Shown piece after piece: positions 56,116 through 64,000 of a stretch of DNA of 64,000 bases. This DNA comes from an uncultured delta proteobacterium (GTDB lineage Bacteria; Desulfobacterota; WTBG01). The notes under the pieces were generated by a model. That model was not told the origin of the DNA and made no database searches. It saw nothing but the letters and a program-made list of their open reading frames with translations. The translations under genes were made by a program, and so were the position numbers. Where the stretch lies: the NCBI GenBank assembly GCA_963793865.1, contig CAWCBP010000001.1, forward strand, positions 544,001-608,000, in the 5' to 3' direction. How positions within the stretch are numbered: position 1 is the stretch's first letter; every line of letters begins with the position of its first letter.

Positions 56116-58803
56116 TTATTCCCGGACGCGGTTGCAGGCGCATTCTTGCTGGCGGTGCGGCTCAAGAGGAGCGGAATGATTTGAAGAATTCGAGTCGAAA
56201 CGTGTGACCATCAGCCGCATGCCGTTGAGAATCACCAGCAGCGAGGTTCCCATGTCAGCGGCAACCGCCATCCACAAATTGGCCCATCCCAAAAGGACGG
56301 TGGCAATGAAAGCCGCCTTAATGATGAGCGAGAAAATGATGTTGGTTTTTATAGTGGCAAGCGTTCTGCGGGAGAGATGAACAAGAAAGGGAAGCTTGAG
56401 CAGATCATCTGCCATGAGCGCGATATCAGCCGCTTCAAGCGCGGCGTCGCTGCCCGCCACTCCCATGGCTATGCCCACCGAGGAAACCGCCAGGGCCGGT
56501 GCGTCATTGACTCCGTCGCCCACCATGGCGACCTTTTCGTATCTGAAGAGCAATTCCCGCAGCGCCTCGACCTTTTCCCCGGGGAGCAGCTCCGCCTGAT
56601 ACCCGTCCATCTTCAGTTCGCGGGCGATGGCTGAAGCCACCCGCTCATTATCGCCGCTGAGCATGACCAGGTGTTTGATGCCCTGTCTTCTCAACTTAGC
56701 AATGCAGCTTCCCGCATCCGGACGCACCGTGTCGGCAAGCGCTATTATACCGCTTCCCGAGGGATGATGAATGAGCACAGCGGTTTTCCCTTCGCTTTCA
56801 AGCCGATCCAGCTCACTTCCATAGGGTGTGACATCGACACCTCGTTCCTGCAGGAAGGCGCGGTTGCCGATGCTCGCAAGACAACCGGCGAGCATCGCCT
56901 GCACTCCCATGCCGGGATAGGTGACGAGGCCGGGGGGTTCCTGCAAAACGATGCCTTCCCGCTGCGCCTCCCTGACGATTGCCTTTGCCAGAGGATGTTC
57001 CGACTTCATCTCCAGCGAGGCGGCGGTCCTTAGAAGATTCCCTGTGTTTGTGCCGTTGATGCCGATGATGTCGGAAATCCGGAATTGCCGGCCGGTCAAT
57101 GTTCCGGTCTTGTCAAAGGCCATGGCGCTGACGGATCCCATTTCTTCAAGGTATGCGCCGCCCTTAATGAGGATGCCCTTGCGCGATGCACAGGCAATGG
57201 CCGACACAATCGACACCGGCGTTGAGAGCACCAGCGCGCAGGGGCAGGAGATGATGAGCAGCATGAGGCCCCGATAAAACCAGTCGCTGAATGGCGCTGA
57301 CAGGAGGAGTGGAGGAATAACGGTTACCGCGGCGGCGGATGCAATCACCAGCGGTGTATAAATGCGCGAAAATGCATCGATGAAGGTTTGTGAAGGGGCC
57401 TTTTGCGCCTGAGCCTCTTCCACCAGGTGGATGATCCGGGAAAGGGTTGAATCCGACACCGGTCTTTCTACCCGCACCTCCAGGGATCCGGAACCGTTTA
57501 TCGATCCCGCAAAGAGCGGATCACCGGGAGCTTTGTCGACCGGTTGGGATTCACCGGTTATCGGGGATTGATTGACGGGTGAGGCGCCCTGCACCACCGC
57601 CCCGTCTACCGGCACCTTTTCGCCCGGCTTTACGATCACCAGATCGCCGATCTTGATGTCGGATACCGGGACCGTGATCAGCTGCCCTCCCTTTTTCAGG
57701 TGGGCCTCCTTCGGGGAAAGGTCTATCAGGGAGCGCAGGGCATTGCGGGCCCTGTCCATGGTGTAAGACTGCAGGGTGTTGCCGAGAGAGAAGAGAAAGA
57801 CCACCATGGCGCCCTCTTCAAGCTCACCAATGCCCAGGGCGCCGATGACCGCAGCGGTCATGAGAAAATTCATGTCGAAGGTTTTTGCCACGAGGGAATA
57901 GTAGCCACTGCGCGCCACATGGTACCCGCCGGCGAGAATGGCCAGGAGATACAGAAGGTGTGCCGGAGTGATTACCTGTCCTGCGATGGCAAGGGATGGT
58001 ACATGAAGGGAGCGGCCGAGGAGTAGCGTGGCATATGCAAGCGCCATCAAGCTGCCTGAAACAATGGTCGCGAGGAGCTTCGGATTGTTACGTGAAAAAA
58101 AACCGGCTTCCCGCGGAGGTGTCTCCTCTCCCGCCAGGCTGGCCTGATATCCCGCTTCCTCCACGGCTGAGAGAATATCCGCCCTGCCGGTTTTTTCCCG
58201 GTCATGACGGACCAGCAGGGTGGCGTTTGCAAAGTTAACGCTCGCTTCATGAACACCCTCGATCCGGGAAATCCTTTGTTGCAGCTTTACCGCGCAGTCC
58301 GGACAATCAAGCCCTTTGAGCAGAAAGGATGATCGGGTGACGGCGACCGGAACTGCGGCTATCTGCGGTTCTCGGGTGCGATAGCCTGCCCGGCGAATGG
58401 CGGCCAGCACCTGATCCCGCTTTACTGCGTCAGGTTCGTATTCAAACCAGATTTTGGAAGTGGCAAAATTAATGGAAACCCAGGTGACGCCGGGTATTTT
58501 GGCGAGTGACTGCTCCAGTTTGAGCGCGCAGTCCGGGCAATCGAGTCCCTCGATCAGGTAATGCTCGTGCCCGTAGTGGGACTTGATGCGCATCCCCTGC
58601 CGGACGACATAACTCTGGATGACTTCCAGGGAGGTGATGCCGGGATCAAATTCGATGAGCAGGATTGTGGCGTCCGCTGTTTCCTCAACCCGCATCACTC
58701 CCTGCAGCCGCGCAATGTCATCCTTCAACCGGGCGACGCAATTAAAGCAGTCTCCTGCCTCTCTCAATGCCAGGGGGATCTTGATTTGTTTGATCTCTGA
58801 CAT
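56116..58803 (-). CDS. cadA: P1B-type heavy-metal ATPase (Zn/Cd/Pb, CadA/ZntA-like) with three N-terminal metal-binding domains
   Basis: CFNC, two GLDCPDC, TGES, ISCPCAL, DKTGT, EHP, GDGVNDAP and ADMG motifs. Confidence 0.92.
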   Translation of the reverse strand: MSEIKQIKIPLALREAGDCFNCVARLKDDIARLQGVMRVEETADATILLIEFDPGITSLEVIQSYVVRQGMRIKSHYGHEHYLIEGLDCPDCALKLEQSLAKIPGVTWVSINFATSKIWFEYEPDAVKRDQVLAAIRRAGYRTREPQIAAVPVAVTRSSFLLKGLDCPDCAVKLQQRISRIEGVHEASVNFANATLLVRHDREKTGRADILSAVEEAGYQASLAGEETPPREAGFFSRNNPKLLATIVSGSLMALAYATLLLGRSLHVPSLAIAGQVITPAHLLYLLAILAGGYHVARSGYYSLVAKTFDMNFLMTAAVIGALGIGELEEGAMVVFLFSLGNTLQSYTMDRARNALRSLIDLSPKEAHLKKGGQLITVPVSDIKIGDLVIVKPGEKVPVDGAVVQGASPVNQSPITGESQPVDKAPGDPLFAGSINGSGSLEVRVERPVSDSTLSRIIHLVEEAQAQKAPSQTFIDAFSRIYTPLVIASAAAVTVIPPLLLSAPFSDWFYRGLMLLIISCPCALVLSTPVSIVSAIACASRKGILIKGGAYLEEMGSVSAMAFDKTGTLTGRQFRISDIIGINGTNTGNLLRTAASLEMKSEHPLAKAIVREAQREGIVLQEPPGLVTYPGMGVQAMLAGCLASIGNRAFLQERGVDVTPYGSELDRLESEGKTAVLIHHPSGSGIIALADTVRPDAGSCIAKLRRQGIKHLVMLSGDNERVASAIARELKMDGYQAELLPGEKVEALRELLFRYEKVAMVGDGVNDAPALAVSSVGIAMGVAGSDAALEAADIALMADDLLKLPFLVHLSRRTLATIKTNIIFSLIIKAAFIATVLLGWANLWMAVAADMGTSLLVILNGMRLMVTRFDSNSSNHSAPLEPHRQQECACNRVRE

Positions 58804-58817
58804 GAACTTTTCCCGTC

Positions 58818-59333
58818 TCAGTGGTGCGTTCCTTCAACCACGGTGATTCCCTTTTTTTTGATCAGGGCCACAATTTCCTCGCGGTGAGGGCAGGGGGGCT
58901 GGTATTCTTCTTTGACCATGCACGAGGAAAGGTGCACCGCATCCACCGTGACGGTTTTGGCAAGCGTGTTCAGCAGGCGCGATATCCTGCGGCCGGGACA
59001 TCCCCCGCAGGTAATCATGGCCACCAGCCGGGCATCATCACCGTACCCCTTAAAGCGCACCTTGCGGCCCTGCAGCGCGAGGAGGCAGGCAGTGCCCGGG
59101 CATGCTTCCGAAATGCGCTCGCAGCGTATGATGGCGATGTTGGTGGAGGTTTTTGGTGAATCCGCCGGTTCGAGATAGCTCATGTATTCTTCAAACACTT
59201 CCCGGACATCGTCCAGCGAAACAGCATCCTTGCCCTTCTTTTCCACCTCTCCCTCGACTTTGCGCCGGGCCATGTCCCGGACAAATTCCGGTGCCTTTTC
59301 CAGTTCCTTTTCTGCATCCTTGTCCCATTTCAT
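58818..59333 (-). CDS. CGGC-domain protein with N-terminal PCP_red-like helical domain
   Basis: WDKDAEKELEKAPEFVR, C..C...C, TCGGCPG, VHLSSC, CPH and C-terminal GTHH. Confidence 0.82.
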   Translation of the reverse strand: MKWDKDAEKELEKAPEFVRDMARRKVEGEVEKKGKDAVSLDDVREVFEEYMSYLEPADSPKTSTNIAIIRCERISEACPGTACLLALQGRKVRFKGYGDDARLVAMITCGGCPGRRISRLLNTLAKTVTVDAVHLSSCMVKEEYQPPCPHREEIVALIKKKGITVVEGTHH

Positions 59334-60262
59334 TGCTGCGTTTCCCTCCGATTACTGTCAGATAAGGTCACGGTATACTTGTCTACCAGGTGATGGGGGT
59401 GGTAGGAGAGCTTTGCCTTGCGCAGCCCCTCTTCACCCAGGTCCTGCTCACGGTTGACAAAGGGAACTTCAGCCCACTCATGGGCGCAGAACTCCTGGTT
59501 GATGAGCGGGTAGAGTCCTTCCAAGGCGGGATTTGCCTTTTCAATGTGAATGACCGCCGTCTCGGGATTGAGACGCTCCCCCAGCGCAAATGCCTCCACC
59601 TTCCCGTTGACCAGGATGACGCCGCCCTTGAAATCGAGATGGTTCATGTTGGTGAGCGCTTCATAGATGGCCCGTTCTTCTCCCGCCAGTCCGGGGTAGA
59701 GCGCGCAGTGCCGTATGTCACACCACTGTGCCTCAAGGGCAAGACACTGCTCGACCAGTTCCGGGGTAAGGGAGGAGTACTCGTAGGGGTTATTCTTCTT
59801 AAACCGGTTGATATGGTTTTTCTTGCCGTGATACTTGTTTCCCTCCAGCCTGACGAGATCATCGGTGCGGTATACATAGTCACTGTTGTCGCGGTCAGGT
59901 GCTATGGCAAAAAGCTCATGTCCTGACAGGTGGTGGGTGACAACATCTTCCGGCACCCGTTGCACGGAGGCCTGCACCTCCATGTGCTGCAAGTGCCGGA
60001 GCATCTCGCCCATCCGCCCGGCGATATGAGAGGTGCCGATGGGAGGCAGAAAATAGGGCGCTTTACCATCCGGCCGGGCCATAATGCAAATGCACCCATC
60101 CCACAGGCACCAGAGAAAATGGTAGTAGTAGTTCCAGATAAAAAGATTGGTGAAGGTGTGTTCGGATATCTGCGGAGGGGATTGTGCGAGCGCATCCTTA
60201 AAGACCGGCTTATCCTGGATGGAAATATCCCTGAACTGGGGGTAATGGGGAACAGTGACCAT
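59330..60262 (-). CDS. DUF2156 / phosphatidylglycerol lysyltransferase C-domain (GNAT-like) protein
   Basis: SEHTFTNLFIW, DYVY, KKNHINRF, HIEKA and NREQDLG.EGLRKAKLSYHP. Confidence 0.88.
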   Translation of the reverse strand: MVTVPHYPQFRDISIQDKPVFKDALAQSPPQISEHTFTNLFIWNYYYHFLWCLWDGCICIMARPDGKAPYFLPPIGTSHIAGRMGEMLRHLQHMEVQASVQRVPEDVVTHHLSGHELFAIAPDRDNSDYVYRTDDLVRLEGNKYHGKKNHINRFKKNNPYEYSSLTPELVEQCLALEAQWCDIRHCALYPGLAGEERAIYEALTNMNHLDFKGGVILVNGKVEAFALGERLNPETAVIHIEKANPALEGLYPLINQEFCAHEWAEVPFVNREQDLGEEGLRKAKLSYHPHHLVDKYTVTLSDSNRRETQQ

Positions 60263-60397
60263 AGGAGTCAGAAGATTTTGACCGTCCGGCGGCCGGTAGA
60301 GCAGGCGTATAATGTAGCCGGGAGAGGTATTGCTGACCGCACACCTCTCCCGGTTATCGAAACATTAAGCTCGTTTCGGGACAACCACTGCGAGCCG

Positions 60398-60892
60398 TTA
60401 ATCAATTTTCCTGAAATCGGCTTTGCTTGCGCCGCATACCGGGCACTTGTCCGGCGCATGTTCCTCGGCTGTGTAGCCGCAGCGCTGGCACACATAGTAG
60501 GGGGCGTTTTTTGAAGACTTTAATGCGTCGATTGCGTTTTTGTAAAGGTTTCCATGGATCTTTTCAACCTCGTTGGCCCAGTAAAAGGTTCTGAAGGCAT
60601 CATTGTTGCCTTCCTTCTTGGCCTGATCCAGGAACTCGGGGTACATGGAGGTGAACTCGTGGTGCTCACCTTCAAATGCCGCCTTGAGGTTTTCCAGGGT
60701 TGATTTGACTCCTCCCAGCACGTTGAGATGGTTGTGAGCGTGCACCGTCTCCGCCTCGGCCGCAGCCCTGAAAAGGCGGGCGGCCTGGGGATATCCTTCC
60801 TCATCGGCCTTTTTGGCGAAGGCAAGGTAGGTGCGGTTGGCCTGCGATTCACCTGCAAACGCGGCTTTAAGATTATCGATGGTATTTCCCAT
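60398..60892 (-). CDS. rbr: Rubrerythrin
   Basis: AFAGESQANR, EAETVHA, GEHHE, EKIH and C-terminal CQRCG...CPVC. Confidence 0.95.
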   Translation of the reverse strand: MGNTIDNLKAAFAGESQANRTYLAFAKKADEEGYPQAARLFRAAAEAETVHAHNHLNVLGGVKSTLENLKAAFEGEHHEFTSMYPEFLDQAKKEGNNDAFRTFYWANEVEKIHGNLYKNAIDALKSSKNAPYYVCQRCGYTAEEHAPDKCPVCGASKADFRKID

Positions 60893-61030
60893 GTTCTCCT
60901 CCCTCAGCGGTGTTCTGTGGTTAGCGATTTATTTGTTGTGGAAATAAAATCCAGCTCTGCCGTTTCTATCGTGCTTCCCCGCTTGAGCCACATATAAATA
61001 AAGGAATCAATGACACATACACTAGGAGCT

Positions 61031-61282
61031 CTATTCCCAGGGGTCTCTTCCAGATGCAGAGAAGATCCCCGTGATGATAGGTATTCATAATAAGTTCCCA
61101 TCCCTCACTTCCAAGCGCGTTAAACGCAGCAGCCAGGGAATCGGTGCCTATTGTACACACGTCATGCACCATGCAGCCGCCGGTCTGATCACAGGCAATG
61201 ACGGTTCGCTTCTGGGAAGCGTCAACACATTTTCCAGTTCCCTGACCAGGTGATGAGTGACTTTGTATTCCCATTGAATCAT
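61031..61282 (-). CDS. Small DUF4177-like protein, frameshifted
   Basis: MIQWEYKV, then after a shift CDQTGGCMVHDVC...FNALGSEGWEL...IWKRP. Confidence 0.6.
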
Positions 61283-61483
61283 GGCCTGACCTCCGCGACT
61301 GGTTGCATTAAAACGGACCGGATAGGAAACGTGCTTAACAATAGTAGCTCTTGATAAAAAAGTCAAGCTCGCTTGGCGGAGCGATGCGGCAGGGCAGGAA
61401 AAGGCGCGGAAAGGGCTTTTCGACCTGCCCGCGCCTTTTGTTGTGGTGATGCCGCGCATGTGCTGCTGCCGGTTCAGTGCCGG

Positions 61484-62752
61484 CTAAAAGATTAAGAATG
61501 TCTTCTTTGCCTTTGCCCGCATTTCTTCGGCCATGTGTTTAATATCCGTCAAATCGAGCTGCATGGCGCTCCAGCCGTACCAGAGGGCATAATCAGGGTT
61601 GGCGTGGAAGGTCCCCTGAAACGTCCTCATGCGGTGTTCAAGAAACATGAGAAAGAGCTTCTGCTCGATGGGCGTGGGGGCATCATGAAAGGTGAGCAAA
61701 TCGGGAAACGCATAGGCGTAGGTCTCCGGCTTGGCCAGAAGCCCGTCCTTGTAAAGAGCGGCCACGATGCGAATGGCCTCCGCCATCAGGTGATCGGCAT
61801 CCTTGATCATGCTGTCACCTTTTTGAAGTTCGGCGTTGGCAAAATTGGCGGAATGGCATTGATTGCAGGTCTTGAGCATCTTGTCCCGCTCTTTCTGCCA
61901 GTCTTCCTGGGTGAGGCGGGCCACATCGGCCGCCTTGACGATTTCAAGCCTGGCCGTCGGATTGCCGTCAGGATCGAGCACGCCCAGGGCCTGCAAAATG
62001 GTGGTGCGGTCGGCGGCCCACGTTTCGTCGGTCGGCATGGGCAGGCGGACGGCGAGAAATCCCCAGGCCGTCTTGACGGCGTGATTGCCTTCCTGCATGT
62101 GGCAGGTCTGGCAGCTTGGCCCGGCGATTTTTGCGTCGAGCAGATTGTTTTGCTTCATCAGGAAGCGAACGCCGTGTTTGGATGCCGAGTACATTTCCCA
62201 CTGGGGGTGGTCGAAGCCCATGTGGCATGTCTGGCAGGCCTGAGGCTGGCGGGCCTCCTTTACCGAAAACACGTGGCGGGTATGACAGGCGTCACAGGAG
62301 GCGACACCAAAGCCGACGCCCTTCCTTTTTATTTCATTAATGTCCTCCTCCGACTTGATGCCGATCTTATGACACCCGCCGCACCCCTTCATCCCCTCCA
62401 TCAGGGCCATGGGCTGCCAGTGGGCCGTCGGCAGCGCCTTCATGGCCGCCCAGGCCGCGGCATGTTTGCCGGACTTGAACTGTTCCACCTTCTCCTCGTG
62501 GCAGGTTTTACAGGTTTCCGCGGTGGGAATTTCAACATCGGCAACATCCTCGGCAGTGGTGTGTTCATCGCCGTGGCAGGATATGCACTCAACTTCATTC
62601 TGGCTGTGGGTGGATAACTGCCAGTCGGATACGATATTCGGGGTAATCTTCTGGTGGCAGGAAACACAATCTTCGGCCGTCGCCGCACCAGCACACAAGA
62701 GGCTCAGAACCGCTGTTACGGCTACGATATATACTCTCATGCTCATCGTCAT
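61484..62752 (-). CDS. Octaheme cytochrome c of the hydroxylamine oxidoreductase (HAO/epsilon-Hao-like) family
   Basis: Signal peptide; 8 CXXCH; CDACHTRHVFS, CHMGFDHPQWEMY..SKHG and FHANPDY motifs. Confidence 0.85.
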   Translation of the reverse strand: MTMSMRVYIVAVTAVLSLLCAGAATAEDCVSCHQKITPNIVSDWQLSTHSQNEVECISCHGDEHTTAEDVADVEIPTAETCKTCHEEKVEQFKSGKHAAAWAAMKALPTAHWQPMALMEGMKGCGGCHKIGIKSEEDINEIKRKGVGFGVASCDACHTRHVFSVKEARQPQACQTCHMGFDHPQWEMYSASKHGVRFLMKQNNLLDAKIAGPSCQTCHMQEGNHAVKTAWGFLAVRLPMPTDETWAADRTTILQALGVLDPDGNPTARLEIVKAADVARLTQEDWQKERDKMLKTCNQCHSANFANAELQKGDSMIKDADHLMAEAIRIVAALYKDGLLAKPETYAYAFPDLLTFHDAPTPIEQKLFLMFLEHRMRTFQGTFHANPDYALWYGWSAMQLDLTDIKHMAEEMRAKAKKTFLIF

Positions 62753-62812
62753 TCCCCCCTTTTTCAATGGTGGCACACAACATGTACAACTGATTGCTGG
62801 CGCTCTATGGTG

Positions 62813-63158
62813 TCACTCCCGTATCATGACCAGCATCATCTTGAACCTCTTTACCGCCCGTAAGGCATGGGGTTCATTGGCAGGCATGATAATCGTTTCA
62901 CCTCCTTTCACTGAGACCGGCGTAGCCGGAAATGGTTATCTGCGCCTCGCCATCAATGATGTAGACGAGGGCATCAAACGGTGCGGTATGTTCACTTAAC
63001 CCCTGGCCCTCATCGAAGGCGAACAGCGTCACCGTGCCGGATTTTTTATCGATGACCGTCCTGCTGACGATCGATCCTTTTTGATAGTCAACCGTGTGGG
63101 AAAGCTGTACTGCCTGCCCCCGCGGAAAACCGGTATCACTCTTTGTACTTTCTGCCAT
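62813..63158 (-). CDS. Cupin-domain protein, frameshift near 62922
   Basis: TLFAFDEGQGLSEHTAPFDALV, then after the shift GETIIMPANEPHAL. Confidence 0.85.
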
Positions 63159-63179
63159 AGCTGTTTCCTCCCTGTCAAG

Positions 63180-63395
63180 TTAAAAGCAGCCCAGCTGGCA
63201 TGATTTGAGCCTGATCTTGAAAAAATCGGTGAGGTATTTCATTTTTTTGAGCGGCACCTTGTGGTTGCGGGCAAATTCCATTGCCTGTGCGCAGGAGAGT
63301 TCCCCGCCCGTGGCAACCTGCTTCAGATCCCGTTCCATGACCTCAGTCACCCACGGCTCCCGGTCGGTGGCCGAAAACATATTTTCCCGTGTCAT
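63180..63395 (-). CDS. Small conserved hypothetical protein ending in CQLGCF
   Basis: ELSCAQA...KIRLKSCQLGCF; GGAGG RBS. Confidence 0.7.
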   Translation of the reverse strand: MTRENMFSATDREPWVTEVMERDLKQVATGGELSCAQAMEFARNHKVPLKKMKYLTDFFKIRLKSCQLGCF

Positions 63396-63425
63396 GCAAG
63401 CCTCCTTTCAGGGTTGGCACGCACA

Positions 63426-64000
63426 TTACCTGCTACCCGCAATATCTACAAAGTCATCGATCAGCACCTTGATCTCCTTTTTTAACTGATCATCCTCCCG
63501 CAGCGCTTGCGCCAGGACCGGGCTCCACCGGTAGTAGAGATCGATCAGTGCCCGTCCTTCAGCCGTTTTGCTCAGCATGCCGTCTCTGAAAGATCTGAGG
63601 ATTGCGCCTGGGCGGAAGACGCTCCGTAAATTTCCTCAGCCGCACAGGGGTTATCCGGTGTGCTTGTAGTGGTGGATACAGCTGTAGTGGTGGTTGGTGA
63701 ATCGTCGGCGGTGCGGACGCATCGCGTGTAATTTTCCGGATAATCCCCGTTTCTATACTTGACGCCAAAATACAATTCCCCGTCTGAGAAGTTATAGGCA
63801 AAGGCCTTAAATTTGTGGCAGCCCACGCAGGTGCTGCTGGTCCAGTAGAATCCATTGGCGGTGTTGGGAAAAGAGGCGGTGTCAATGGCGGGGTTGCTGG
63901 TTGAAAGATCTACCAGACGCTCCAATTCTTTCGGATTGGGGAGTCTCCAGTCGGAAAAGCCGCCCAGAACAAGGTTCTCACAGTAGGCGAGCGCATCCTT
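63426..64000 (-). CDS. DUF1566 (Lcl C-terminal) domain protein with Thr-rich linker and CFI-box-CTERM-like tail; partial and frameshifted
   Basis: YCENLVLGGFSDWRLPNPKEL, FYWTSS and TRCVR. After a shift near 63602 it reads LRSFRDGMLSKTAEGRALIDLYY. Confidence 0.8.

Noticed and set aside
61535..62617. 360-aa plus-strand ORF
   Set aside because: Antisense shadow of the HAO-family gene.

Overview
Window from a probable Desulfobacterota (deltaproteobacterial) anaerobe, judged from gene content and protein style only. The first ~33 kb is one large extracellular electron transfer locus. It holds System II cytochrome c maturation genes (ccsA, resB) and a central lipoprotein decaheme cytochrome (MtrA/DmsE-like) paired with an outer-membrane beta-barrel that carries its own CXXCH motif. 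Around these lie three paralogous modules, each with a membrane-anchored octaheme c domain, a quinone-interacting cytochrome b, a triheme c domain, an NHL beta-propeller and a 16- or 20-heme cytochrome; two modules also have a 15-heme cytochrome. The membrane core is split into 3 genes in one module, 2 in another, and fused into 1 in the third. A manual count gives about 134 c-heme motifs in the locus, 8 of them non-canonical. A tetraheme with a C-terminal extension and a dockerin-bearing subtilase are embedded in it. The rest of the window has moeB/moaD, a Cys-rich cohesin/dockerin-like surface protein, a contiguous F0F1 ATP synthase operon with a short epsilon subunit, a TetR-regulated RND pump, two CFI-box-CTERM-like surface proteins, a P1B heavy-metal ATPase, rubrerythrin and an HAO-family octaheme. 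Roughly 25-30 single-base frameshifts, many in short homopolymers, break genes and are most likely sequencing errors, so the affected genes were reconstructed by hand.
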